Part shown: in pieces, positions 40,078 through 50,048 of the stretch
How positions within the stretch are numbered: the first letter of the stretch is position 1
Layout: every line of letters starts with the position of its first letter
Source: a virus
Lineage: Duplodnaviria; Caudoviricetes
IMG/VR virus record: IMGVR_UViG_3300021256_000002
Span: 160,001 to 224,000 of that record
Strand: one strand, 5' to 3'
DNA: 64,000 nucleotides
Notes under the pieces: model-generated
Database searches by the model: none
The model's input: the letters and a program-made list of their open reading frames with translations, nothing else
Told to the model about the DNA's origin: nothing
Position numbers and translations under genes: made by a program

Positions 40078-40467
40078 ATGAAACAAATGGCAGGTATCAT
40101 AATCGAAGTTCCAGGTGATTTCAAAGATGTTAGGCTGGTATTATATAAAGATCCAGTCCTAGCTCAGCAGGACTTCACAAAGTATGGTGATAAGTATGGG
40201 ATAAGTGACATCACTCATACAATCGTTGTTCCTAATGAAGTTCTTCTTGGGTATTATCACTTTATTCATGAACCCATCAATGTTAGCGTTCCAGATAATG
40301 TCACTACAAACGTGATGAAGCTGAACTCTAAAGCAGCAGTTGCATTGTATGATGCATCTCGGATAGCTAGAGATATTAAGGTATATTATAAGTTGGATGC
40401 AAAATGGCTGAGCTCAGCTGGAACAACTGACTGGAAAGAGAATCCGATGGAAGAAGTTATTAAGTGA
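40078..40467 (+). CDS. early hypothetical protein
   Basis: Early motif at 40015-40032, GGAGG RBS. Confidence 0.7.
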   Translation: MKQMAGIIIEVPGDFKDVRLVLYKDPVLAQQDFTKYGDKYGISDITHTIVVPNEVLLGYYHFIHEPINVSVPDNVTTNVMKLNSKAAVALYDASRIARDIKVYYKLDAKWLSSAGTTDWKENPMEEVIK

Positions 40468-40485
40468 TTAAAGGAGAGGTGTAAA

Positions 40486-41412
40486 ATGAAAATCAAAAAT
40501 ATGGATATTAATATGGAAGTAGCCAACAAGTTTTTTGAAAACTTAAATAAGAAAGACACTATCAAATTCGTAACCCACCATGGTTTGTTCCATGCCGATG
40601 ATGTTTGCTGCGCTGCGATGATCAGTAATTTATATCCCGATAAGAATATCGAAGTCATTCGCACTAGGGAGAATATCGAGGATTTCGATATTATGCTGGA
40701 CGTCGGTCGGAGCGACGAGGTAACGGAAACCCAATTACGACTTGACCATCATCAAGACGAAGCTAAAGAAAATACTTATGACAACAAAGTCAGGGCTTGC
40801 GCCTTAGCTAAATTCGCTGAGGTATATTATGGTGATGACGCTCATATGCATCTTCTGAGAAAGAAGCTTCTTTATCCTGTATCAGCAAACGATAATGGGC
40901 AGGAAATTGAAAATTTACACCCAAGCCCATTTGCTTGGGTGAAATATATGAACCCTAATGGGGTTATTTCTCAGAAGGTATCTGATGGGATGTTCTGTAA
41001 AGCGGTGGAAATCTCAAGAGTGATATTAAAAAAGATAGAAGATAATATCACTTTTACTCTTGAATCTAAACCCATTTGGGATAAAGGTGTTCTAAACATG
41101 AGTATTGATGGTATTATCGTACTTGAACAGGGCATGCCTTGGATGGAATATCTCTTTGGTAGCGACGTTGAAGACGTTGCAAAATTTGTAATATTCCCGC
41201 ATGCAACTCATGGTTGGGTATTGAGAACTATTCCGACCAAAGAAGGTGGGTATGTTGCAAAGTATCCTCTGCCGTACGGCTGGTGGGGTACTACTGCCCA
41301 AGACAACAAATTCGACGGGATGGAGTTCTGCCACAATACCGGATTCATGGCAGTATTCACTACCAAAGAACAAGCGATTGCCGCTGCTGAGTATGTAATA
41401 TCTCAGCTCTAA
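40486..41412 (+). CDS. MYG1-family (DHH-superfamily) exonuclease/phosphoesterase
   Basis: THHGLFHADD, IRTR, DVG, DHHQ, DNG, LP..W.G, FCH..GF. Confidence 0.9.
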   Translation: MKIKNMDINMEVANKFFENLNKKDTIKFVTHHGLFHADDVCCAAMISNLYPDKNIEVIRTRENIEDFDIMLDVGRSDEVTETQLRLDHHQDEAKENTYDNKVRACALAKFAEVYYGDDAHMHLLRKKLLYPVSANDNGQEIENLHPSPFAWVKYMNPNGVISQKVSDGMFCKAVEISRVILKKIEDNITFTLESKPIWDKGVLNMSIDGIIVLEQGMPWMEYLFGSDVEDVAKFVIFPHATHGWVLRTIPTKEGGYVAKYPLPYGWWGTTAQDNKFDGMEFCHNTGFMAVFTTKEQAIAAAEYVISQL

Positions 41413-41612
41413 TACGTACTTCGTGACAAAAGAAAGAAGCCAAGCAGCAGGCTTCTTTCTTTTAGATAGAATGATGATGGGATAAAGAATAGTATAATGG
41501 GATTACTTACTTGTAGGTGAAAACCTAAATAAATGAAAATTTGAATATATATTATATACGTAGACGCAGAAGCAATTCAGCTTCCGTCAGCCATAGAAAG
41601 GAGAGATATACT

Positions 41613-41927
41613 ATGGCAAACGCAACTCTTGGTTACTCCCTACCGGGTAAAAATCCCGCGTACAAGCTGTTCAAGGTAAGCGGGTGGATGCTGGAAAAGC
41701 ATGCGCTCGAGTATCTCATGAGCGCTCGGGTCGACTCTAGGCATATGTATTTCCTGCCAGTGTCAGAGACCAAAAATCTCCAGATACCGGCAACGCCAGT
41801 GTCTAAGGAAAAGCCCCTCGACAGCCTGATTCGCTGGGCATCAGGCAACGCGGTAATGTACCGCATCGTTGAGGTGCAACTCAAAGGCGACAACTATACT
41901 ACCGTGACAGTAGTATTCAGAGTGTAA
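41613..41927 (+). CDS. early hypothetical protein (stand-alone cassette)
   Basis: Early motif at 41541-41558, GAAAGGAG RBS, terminator at 41931-41966; GC-richer than flanks. Confidence 0.7.
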   Translation: MANATLGYSLPGKNPAYKLFKVSGWMLEKHALEYLMSARVDSRHMYFLPVSETKNLQIPATPVSKEKPLDSLIRWASGNAVMYRIVEVQLKGDNYTTVTVVFRV

Positions 41928-42031
41928 CCCAAAAAGAAAGCGGACTCTACATCCGCTTTCTTTTCTTTTCAAAACGCAAAGGAAATCCCCCATGGGACGT
42001 AGTAAAACATCCCATGGGAATTGCTCTAAGG

Positions 42032-44125
42032 TCATTCAAGATTCATCAATTCTCGATGTGCATCATAGTGCCAGTCTTTAGTCTCATTCACTCGCGAATA
42101 AACTCCATTCTCATCCATAATCCAAGAGTTTGCGGTATCTTTCCATAATGCATCAAATATATCTTGAACCTTTGCTTGTGACGTAGCTGTTTCTACTTTC
42201 ACAAGTACCTCAATCCTTTTATAAAGGTTCCTGTCTAATAAATCAGAACTTCCAATCAGCACTGAACTTTGAACGTCGTCATCTGGGTCATCTGGTATTA
42301 GATCAGTTATAATGATTCGAGAATGCTCTAGGAATTTTCCTACTATGGATTTGATTTTGATGTTTTCCCTACAGTGCACCATTGAACATATTCCTCTACA
42401 GATGAGCTGAACCTCAAACCTATTAGGATATGTATTAGCCAAATTATAAATCGCTTTAATCAGTTCAACGTTATTGAACGAATTAACTTTGATTTTCAAT
42501 GTGGCTAAGTTTCCATCATTCGATGAGAGAAACTTCCCAATACGGTCTAGTTCATCCATCAAGCTGGGCAGCATGGTGGAAGGTGAATAACAGACCTTCG
42601 GCATTACCGAATTCCACTGGAATCCTGTAGCAAAGCTAAATACATTTATCAGAGATTCACATGTTTTAACGTCACTTGTGAAGTAACTGATATCAGTATA
42701 AATCTTTGCAGTCTTTTCATTATAGTTTCCAGTACCCACATGAGCATAGTTCTTCAACTTGTTCTTACCCTGTCGAGTAACTATACACACTTTGCAATGA
42801 GTCTTGAAAGTTTCTAATGAATAACTTACATTACATCCAGCTTCCTTGAGCGTATTAATAAGTTTGATGTTTTGCTTTTCATCAAATCTTGCTAATAACT
42901 CAAGCATTACATTGACGTGCTTACCATTTCTGGCGGCGTCACATAAAGCCTTTACAATTGGAGACTTTATGCTGCTGACTCTATAAAGAGTCTGCCTGAT
43001 GCAGATTACCTTAGGATCTTTAGCAGCCTCTTTCAGAAAGTCTATGACTACATTGAAAGACTGATATGGATGATGAACTACTAAATCAGTATTATCATCC
43101 AAATAATCCATAATGGAATCTTCATCAGCTAGTTCTATGATCGGCGAAGGAGAAAACTTATACGAATCTCCTTTGAACTTGGGTAATTCTTTCATCGTAT
43201 ACCCAATATCTACTAGCAACGAATCTGGATAGATGCAAAGATGCTCTTTCTGGACTTTCAAGAGTTTTCTCAAAGTAGTCATCATCTTGTTGGAATATTC
43301 CTGACCACCGAGAACTTTAGCACAGTCAATCCAGATAATACGATTATCTTCGCGATTAGTAATAATCTTATTGATTCTCGTAACCAATGAGACACTACTA
43401 TCACGGTCTAACGTCTCATTGCATTGCTTAATGACCTTAAACAGCACGCATCCCTCTACACTATACACGTCTTCAAAGACATGATCAAGATTAGATACAA
43501 TCATCCTTTCGATAGGTACTTTTACAGTTCCATCCTGAAGTGTATTAACCTTGTATAGTCTATCAAGACTCTTAGGGATTTGAATAAAGCAATGCAATTT
43601 CTTTTGTGAACTGTCTACCAATTTTACAAATAAATTCAGCTCGTCTGTCCTGAATTTTGGTATATCTTTGTTCGGTCCAACCATGACCGGACAGATAGCT
43701 GATTTTACCTTAGAGAGAAATATACTCTCTGTTGATGGACCTTGATCACCATTCATGATGACATTGGTCTCACTCCCTAACAAGAGTTGGACCATTTCAG
43801 AAATACTGAACTTTTGAGCCATGATGACTTTTCTAACAAAACTAAGATATCTCTTAAGGTCTTTATTATCATCATCAGCATCATAAGCTTCAACGATGTC
43901 AGAATATCTGACGGATATGAATTCATTTAGATTGCTTTCAGCAATTGCCAAAAAGTGAAACCGGGAAGGCGCCACACCTTCCCGCATCAATACCGTCCTG
44001 ACCCTATCGTTAAAGCTCAACCAGGATAACTCTCTATCAATCAATGGTACACCAAACTTCTTGGTGTTGATGATAGTAGTTTTATCATCTGGTATAAGAT
44101 AACCTTCTGATAGAGTAGCCGACAT
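42032..44125 (-). CDS. ppk1: polyphosphate kinase 1
   Basis: RELSWLSFN.RV, SNL.EF..VR, HHPYQSF, QTLYR, EL.ARFDE..NI, KTHCK (phospho-His), GTGNYNE.TA.IYTD, FLEHSRI, RNL..RIEV. Confidence 0.93.
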   Translation of the reverse strand: MSATLSEGYLIPDDKTTIINTKKFGVPLIDRELSWLSFNDRVRTVLMREGVAPSRFHFLAIAESNLNEFISVRYSDIVEAYDADDDNKDLKRYLSFVRKVIMAQKFSISEMVQLLLGSETNVIMNGDQGPSTESIFLSKVKSAICPVMVGPNKDIPKFRTDELNLFVKLVDSSQKKLHCFIQIPKSLDRLYKVNTLQDGTVKVPIERMIVSNLDHVFEDVYSVEGCVLFKVIKQCNETLDRDSSVSLVTRINKIITNREDNRIIWIDCAKVLGGQEYSNKMMTTLRKLLKVQKEHLCIYPDSLLVDIGYTMKELPKFKGDSYKFSPSPIIELADEDSIMDYLDDNTDLVVHHPYQSFNVVIDFLKEAAKDPKVICIRQTLYRVSSIKSPIVKALCDAARNGKHVNVMLELLARFDEKQNIKLINTLKEAGCNVSYSLETFKTHCKVCIVTRQGKNKLKNYAHVGTGNYNEKTAKIYTDISYFTSDVKTCESLINVFSFATGFQWNSVMPKVCYSPSTMLPSLMDELDRIGKFLSSNDGNLATLKIKVNSFNNVELIKAIYNLANTYPNRFEVQLICRGICSMVHCRENIKIKSIVGKFLEHSRIIITDLIPDDPDDDVQSSVLIGSSDLLDRNLYKRIEVLVKVETATSQAKVQDIFDALWKDTANSWIMDENGVYSRVNETKDWHYDAHRELMNLE

Positions 44126-44509
44126 TTATTTCACCTCAATTTTAACTGAGCTATTACCATCCTTGGCGTCAGGCTTAGCTTCTTTCGGAGCTTTAACCTT
44201 GCTCGGATTGATAATGAGCTTACTCATCAGAATCGCGACAGCATCAAGCTCAATGAACTTAAGCTTGCCGTCTTCGAAGTACTGCTGACTGGATTCAGTG
44301 CACTTCTTTGCCTTAACCTTAACAATCTGATCTTTGTGCTTCTTCAAGAAGCGTTTGATCTTCTTATCCGGAATATTGCCGTAGGTCGCCTCAGAATACA
44401 AATCGTTGCAAGCAACCAAAGAGCGTTTCTTTCCTTTGATTACTCGACATATGCCGAGGCCTACCACGTCAAGCTCCACGATTTTGATCTTCTTCTTTTT
44501 CTTACCCAT
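44126..44509 (-). CDS. Lys-rich protein, possibly Bro-N-like DNA-binding
   Basis: AAGGAGG RBS; LVACNDL...YGN...FIE..AV..L pattern; abuts ppk1; early motif at 44601-44618. Confidence 0.5.
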   Translation of the reverse strand: MGKKKKKIKIVELDVVGLGICRVIKGKKRSLVACNDLYSEATYGNIPDKKIKRFLKKHKDQIVKVKAKKCTESSQQYFEDGKLKFIELDAVAILMSKLIINPSKVKAPKEAKPDAKDGNSSVKIEVK

Positions 44510-44649
44510 TTAAGATTCCTCCTTTAAATATTTTAGATAATGGGTTATTATCAAAGTCCAATCACTTATATTATTATAAGGATTTGACTTCAATACGTGT
44601 ATATAATATATAGCTGAATTTTTTATTAAAAAATTGAAATGACGTAGAG

Positions 44650-45156
44650 TTAGTCCTCTACGTCATCATCATCATTGTGTTTCTTACTAGGGTGTATCCT
44701 GATAGATGGAATCAACGATGGATTCACATCTGTTGACCTCGGAGAATCATATTCATTCTTCTTTTCAGGCTTATCTATTTCAGTTTTATCCGGATTTGGT
44801 AATTTTGTTAGCAATCCATATAAACTTGTAAATTCGGAAATCAACTTCTTGATACCATCAATCGAACAAAGGTTTTTGAATATTTCAAATCCAAGCAAAC
44901 CAAGAGTAAAACTTATAAACACCATAACTGCGTACGATTGTTCTTCTAGATACATTGAGCGTAGTGCTACTGATACTGTACTAGCAGATATCGTACTTGA
45001 TATAACTCGATGAGCTTGGAACATATATCCTCCAACACTGTTAGTATTGAAAATCTCTTTTAGGAGAGAACCGATAAATGTAAATATCAAATAACCAATA
45101 ATCTCCATTACAAAGTAAAGATTTAATCCCGCATCCGTGAAGAGAGACGATGTCAT
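44650..45156 (-). CDS. putative holin-like membrane protein
   Basis: Three hydrophobic helices and a charged C-tail. Confidence 0.45.
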   Translation of the reverse strand: MTSSLFTDAGLNLYFVMEIIGYLIFTFIGSLLKEIFNTNSVGGYMFQAHRVISSTISASTVSVALRSMYLEEQSYAVMVFISFTLGLLGFEIFKNLCSIDGIKKLISEFTSLYGLLTKLPNPDKTEIDKPEKKNEYDSPRSTDVNPSLIPSIRIHPSKKHNDDDDVED

Positions 45157-45184
45157 TTCGATTGGTCCCTCCTTTCCCTATTAT

Positions 45185-46198
45185 TTATACTTCAATTTCT
45201 TCTTCGGGTAAAGTTCCTGTAGTATGAATCAAGAATACTAATATAAGAATGATATCAAGTAAAAGCATTGCTACAAAAGCAAACGTATAAAAGTGCTTGG
45301 TCTCATTAATTTGAGCTACCATGTCATTATACAGTTTCTCTTTTGCTTCAACCTGAGTTTCAAACGAATTCTTGATTATATCGTACACATTGAACCTCTG
45401 TACGACGATAATTTTATGAGTCATATTAACCAATCCATCTGAACCAATATCGGTATTACCAAACAAGTCACCGTTATCCGTGATGTATGCTGGGACTAAG
45501 AAGGTATAATTCTTAAGTCCTTCAAGTCCTTCTCGATAGTATACCTCACGAACTTGGTCCATTGAAGGATACATGATAATCGTATGGTTTTCATAGGTTG
45601 GATAATTTGGCTCATAGAAAACTAGAGCATCTGGATTCTTTTTGAGTATTATAGCCTCTAGAGAATTGAAAGCCAGCGTAGGATTGAAATGAGTATTTAT
45701 CTCATCTTTGATTCCTCTCTGGACTTTATCAAATTTCTCTACATTCATATCAGCGATAATTCCGCTTTTATTCATAACGAAGATATCGTTGTTGTGGCTA
45801 TGTATACCGAACAGATACTCACCTTCAATCGAGTTTAAAATGATTTTGATAAACTTTGGAGATGTGTAATTACCAGAATCAAATTCTTCCCTGAGTTCAT
45901 TGATATCAGGGTATTCAAGATCAATAGCTCGTACAATATGATTTGATACATCTACAGCACTTGCACGCGCCGTTATGGTAGATATATTGATGATATTTTC
46001 AACATCCTTCCAGCGATTAGCTTGGAAGGTTTCTGTTGCAGCTTTTAATCTATTATCAAGAGTATCATTCTGGTAATAATAAAGTGCATAATGGAATATC
46101 GTTATCAGCAGAATCATACCCATTATAACCCACCATGTATTAGGAGACACATGACTCCTAAATATTGATTTAAGTTTCATATAGCTCAGCCCTTTCAA
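45185..46198 (-). CDS. membrane protein with two TM helices flanking an extracytoplasmic domain
   Basis: Hydrophobic N- and C-terminal segments; CACA-N6-TA at 46212-46223. Confidence 0.7.
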   Translation of the reverse strand: MKGLSYMKLKSIFRSHVSPNTWWVIMGMILLITIFHYALYYYQNDTLDNRLKAATETFQANRWKDVENIINISTITARASAVDVSNHIVRAIDLEYPDINELREEFDSGNYTSPKFIKIILNSIEGEYLFGIHSHNNDIFVMNKSGIIADMNVEKFDKVQRGIKDEINTHFNPTLAFNSLEAIILKKNPDALVFYEPNYPTYENHTIIMYPSMDQVREVYYREGLEGLKNYTFLVPAYITDNGDLFGNTDIGSDGLVNMTHKIIVVQRFNVYDIIKNSFETQVEAKEKLYNDMVAQINETKHFYTFAFVAMLLLDIILILVFLIHTTGTLPEEEIEV

Positions 46199-46265
46199 CT
46201 GCCTATTGTATTACTCTTTTGTGGATAGAAAGAAAGAAGGGAATACCCTTCTTTCTTTTATTTTC

Positions 46266-46754
46266 TCACAGTACCTCAGTAATCTGACCCCATACAGTCT
46301 GGAGATTCATAACCGGACGACGTTCAGATACAATGAAGTTGTTTATGATAATCATATTGTTATCAAGTCCAAGAGAATCGATGATTTCCTGAGCATTCTT
46401 ATCGGTAATCTTGAACCATAACTTGTTACGACGAAGCTGAGGACGTTCCATGGAAACCACGGCGTAGTCTGTATATAAACCTTTCAGTTCGTCAAATACG
46501 CTCCATTCCTCCCAATAGCGACCATCGAAATCACCTGTTACATTGTTAGCCAAGCAAGCAATTATGATGACTTCACCCTCATCAGTCACGTATACACATT
46601 TATCGTCGATATTGTACACTTTAGTCGGGTCGTATGCACAAGGAGCACCAGTCATAGAGCTTATTATTGCCGTACTGGCAATTTTATTGAAAGAGAAATA
46701 TTTGCTTTTCTGCTCTTGATTTCTCATATCAACGAGTAACACTGCCTTATTCAT
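46266..46754 (-). CDS. putative virion structural protein
   Basis: Late operon; YDPTKVYNIDD.CVY resembles a small carbohydrate-binding module. Confidence 0.55.
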   Translation of the reverse strand: MNKAVLLVDMRNQEQKSKYFSFNKIASTAIISSMTGAPCAYDPTKVYNIDDKCVYVTDEGEVIIIACLANNVTGDFDGRYWEEWSVFDELKGLYTDYAVVSMERPQLRRNKLWFKITDKNAQEIIDSLGLDNNMIIINNFIVSERRPVMNLQTVWGQITEVL

Positions 46755-46771
46755 TTTCGTATCCTCCTTTC

Positions 46772-47428
46772 TTAAATCAACCCAAGTAATACATCATACA
46801 GAACGATTGCATGCTTCAACGGATCAAATTTACTATTCGTCTTAAACGTCAGAGTATTGATACGGAATACATAATCCGTACCATCACCAACCGTTACAGC
46901 ATCCATATCAATTTTGTATGCCTTAGTATTGATTTCATCAAGGTTACCTTCAATGAAGTAGTTCTTCGCAATGCCATTCTTGATGAGACTGAACTGGATA
47001 TTCAGAATCAAATCTTCAGGGTTGAGAACGTGCATATCATCTCTAGAGAAGATATCAACATCCAACCCCAACCGGAATGCGATAGCAGGTTTGTTCCCGA
47101 GCTCAACCGGTACTTCGTTAGTCAGAAGATTGTCATCCCCAACAATACCGCTCTGTACATGATTATCGTTGATGAAAATCTTATATACCAAACCAAGGGT
47201 ACAATCATCATAGCACCGCTGGCAGAAAGCTTTCAGGTGCTGTTTGCACCTAGCAACGTACTCAGCAGATACGATTTTATTATCCTGGGTATTGATAAAG
47301 AAGATACCTACGTTTTTATCGGTCATGAGTTCTTCAGGCTGAGCGTAGCCTTTATTACCTATAGATAATGGTGAGATACCAATACCGTACAAGTTCTTAT
47401 GTACGTTCATTTCACTCATCATTTTCAC
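46772..47428 (-). CDS. putative virion structural protein
   Basis: GACA-N6-TA at 47451-47462. Confidence 0.6.
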   Translation of the reverse strand: MKMMSEMNVHKNLYGIGISPLSIGNKGYAQPEELMTDKNVGIFFINTQDNKIVSAEYVARCKQHLKAFCQRCYDDCTLGLVYKIFINDNHVQSGIVGDDNLLTNEVPVELGNKPAIAFRLGLDVDIFSRDDMHVLNPEDLILNIQFSLIKNGIAKNYFIEGNLDEINTKAYKIDMDAVTVGDGTDYVFRINTLTFKTNSKFDPLKHAIVLYDVLLGLI

Positions 47429-47541
47429 CTTCCTTTAGTTTATTCAATATTAGAGGTTTGTCAAAACCTAGAAATCTAATAACTTGAATATATATTATAT
47501 TGGTAGTAAGCAGATTGTATATATAGAAAGGAAGTGTTATT

Positions 47542-47835
47542 ATGCTTACAATTCAAGTCCTAACCAACCGTGATTACTCCAAACGTGATCATATGTACTT
47601 TGATGTGCAGATAGGGCACATCGAGTACTACGAACCGAGTGGGACATTTACCCTATATGGCAGGGATGCCGCAGGTCTCGACATCTTAGAGACATTCGAT
47701 GTCCCGGCAATGTACGCTCCCACTGTACTTGATTCATTCCGCCGGGCCAGCGTTGAGGGTTGGTGTATTAAAGAGTTCAATGACGATGTCCTTGCGGAAG
47801 TCGTCAAAGATGGGATCGGAGCGTTCCCACTCTAA
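47542..47835 (+). CDS. early hypothetical protein (stand-alone cassette)
   Basis: Early motif at 47484-47500, GAAAGGA RBS, GC-richer than flanks. Confidence 0.7.
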   Translation: MLTIQVLTNRDYSKRDHMYFDVQIGHIEYYEPSGTFTLYGRDAAGLDILETFDVPAMYAPTVLDSFRRASVEGWCIKEFNDDVLAEVVKDGIGAFPL

Positions 47836-47990
47836 ATCGCTCCATCCAAAAAAAAATCCAATAGAAAGGGGTTGATCCAAATGGGTGAAACTCAGACTAT
47901 TGGATGGTGCGAATAATAGCAAAATGTTTATGGGGCGGCTTGACGAATGGTCTTGTCGCCCCGTTTACTGCACCTTATTTATTTTTTCTT

Positions 47991-49958
47991 TTATAAGTTC
48001 AATACATTGCTCATACGAATAACGGTTGACTTTGTCTTCATTGGAACTCCTCCAAGACTAACTAATACAGGATTGAACTTAGCTATATTATCATGAGCTA
48101 TCGAATCTGTATCTGCAAGTGTAGTTATCCAATCTGGCACTCTACCAATGTTCTGAGGAATACCAATAACAGCTAATCCATATCTAGAAATCAAAGGCTC
48201 TTTGTTATTGAATATCTTATCTATAATAGTATTATAGATTTTATCAGGAATCTTACCTTTGAATGTTTCTAAAGTCTTTAATTTCTCGGTCTTTAACTTA
48301 ACCAACAGAATTTTCTCTGGTAGCTGAATTTCCATATCAGGAACCAAGAGATTCCAAGCATTGACTGCTTTGATACCTTGCTCAGACCATGGGTCTTTAT
48401 ACGCACCCACATCCTTGACAGATTTGATTGGTAGATATTCAGTCTCACCATTCTCAACAGATTCGATGATTGTATTCTCAAACCATTTCAGTTTTCTCAA
48501 TACAACAGCAAGATTGATTTGCTCTGCATTTACGATATCTTTATCAATCAATTCATCAAAGAATTCTTTTACCTTATCAGATGTTTCTGCCTTAGCAAAA
48601 TCAAGTCCATGAACATCAATCTTTGGAGGATTGATTACCTTTCCTTCTTGCAATTTCATCTTGGTAATATAACGCTTCTTGGTATTCGTTGCAATAAACA
48701 ACGGATAATAGAATTCATTCTTCAAATCCAGCCATTCATGATATTCATCTGGGATATTGCAATCACATGCCAATCTTTCGAGGAATACAACCGACCATTG
48801 TTTCATGAGATACGATACAATATTCACCATGATATAGTCAAGTTCTTCCTCAGACTCAGCAGCAACTTTCTTCGCTACCAAATTATCAATGAACATCTGA
48901 ATTATCCCATAGATAGTCAAGATAGTCGAATCTGTATCCTGAGCTACAATAATTTTTCGTTTATCATACTTATCTCGTTCAATACGATTTCGTATCGTGT
49001 AGTTATGACAAACGAACTCTTCACAATATTCCCATAAGAGTTTCAAATCATCCTTTATTTCCTCAGGCGGTTTGTTCGGATCGATGAAACTCTTCGTCTT
49101 ATTAATTAGCTTCTTAGCTAACTTATTCACAACTGGAATATACAGGAAGAATGCTAAGATGTTATTCTTAAAATACAGCTTATGAAGGTCAACATCTGAA
49201 AGATTACTCAGAATTCTCTTAATCATCTCATGGTTGACTTTATCTTCATACTTAAACGAATTGATTATCCAATTATAAGTTTCTTCATAGATATTATCTA
49301 TCTTAGGAAGTAACTTAAGATCTGGATAATCTGCTTCTTTGGTTACTCTGTATATAAACAACACGCATTCATCCATATCGTTGAATTTCGCATTATTGCC
49401 GAATGCTTGTTCAAATGAAGTTTCTGCTGTACTAATCAACGCTTGACCAGTACCCGTTACAGACGCTCCAGTATATTTGTTATAGAATACCGAAGCCTTC
49501 ATTAAGTTAACACCATAATATGAATTCATCAAAGCTTTTACGTTCGTTTGTCCTACGTTTCTCTGACGAGCTTCATATGAATCCTTACCCTTAGTCTTAA
49601 CAAACTCGAGCATCTCTCCTTTAAGAACTTTTCTTTTCTTCTTAAGGTTAGATAGCATTTTTGCATCTGGATTATATACATCATGATGATTTGCATATAA
49701 TACACCATGACCTGCCATAATAGGTTTTCTATCATGAATGTAATCCATAATGTTAGCCAATGAAGATTTAGCTTCTTGATTTCGATGATTGTTATGGACT
49801 ACACATTTATGGTCTTTAAACGTTTCTTGGAATTTTTTATCCAAGTATTTTTCAATCTGTTTTGTTGTCAAATCTGGTCTAACTAATCTAAGTTTACCAG
49901 TCATTTCTTCTTTCCACTTTTTCATAATTTGCGGTTCATTTTTTGGCATTTTCATCAA
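47991..49958 (-). CDS. family B DNA polymerase, C-terminal part (motifs B and C)
   Basis: KALMNSYYG, VTGTGQ, AQDTDS, KKRY, GLD; early motif at 49969-49986. Confidence 0.9.
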   Translation of the reverse strand: MMKMPKNEPQIMKKWKEEMTGKLRLVRPDLTTKQIEKYLDKKFQETFKDHKCVVHNNHRNQEAKSSLANIMDYIHDRKPIMAGHGVLYANHHDVYNPDAKMLSNLKKKRKVLKGEMLEFVKTKGKDSYEARQRNVGQTNVKALMNSYYGVNLMKASVFYNKYTGASVTGTGQALISTAETSFEQAFGNNAKFNDMDECVLFIYRVTKEADYPDLKLLPKIDNIYEETYNWIINSFKYEDKVNHEMIKRILSNLSDVDLHKLYFKNNILAFFLYIPVVNKLAKKLINKTKSFIDPNKPPEEIKDDLKLLWEYCEEFVCHNYTIRNRIERDKYDKRKIIVAQDTDSTILTIYGIIQMFIDNLVAKKVAAESEEELDYIMVNIVSYLMKQWSVVFLERLACDCNIPDEYHEWLDLKNEFYYPLFIATNTKKRYITKMKLQEGKVINPPKIDVHGLDFAKAETSDKVKEFFDELIDKDIVNAEQINLAVVLRKLKWFENTIIESVENGETEYLPIKSVKDVGAYKDPWSEQGIKAVNAWNLLVPDMEIQLPEKILLVKLKTEKLKTLETFKGKIPDKIYNTIIDKIFNNKEPLISRYGLAVIGIPQNIGRVPDWITTLADTDSIAHDNIAKFNPVLVSLGGVPMKTKSTVIRMSNVLNL

Positions 49959-50048
49959 CTCCTTGTGTATATAATATCTATTTGAATGTGGTTTTGAAAA
50001 TTTGAGAATATGGGTAAATATGAGAGAACGTGAGTTCTCTCATATAAT

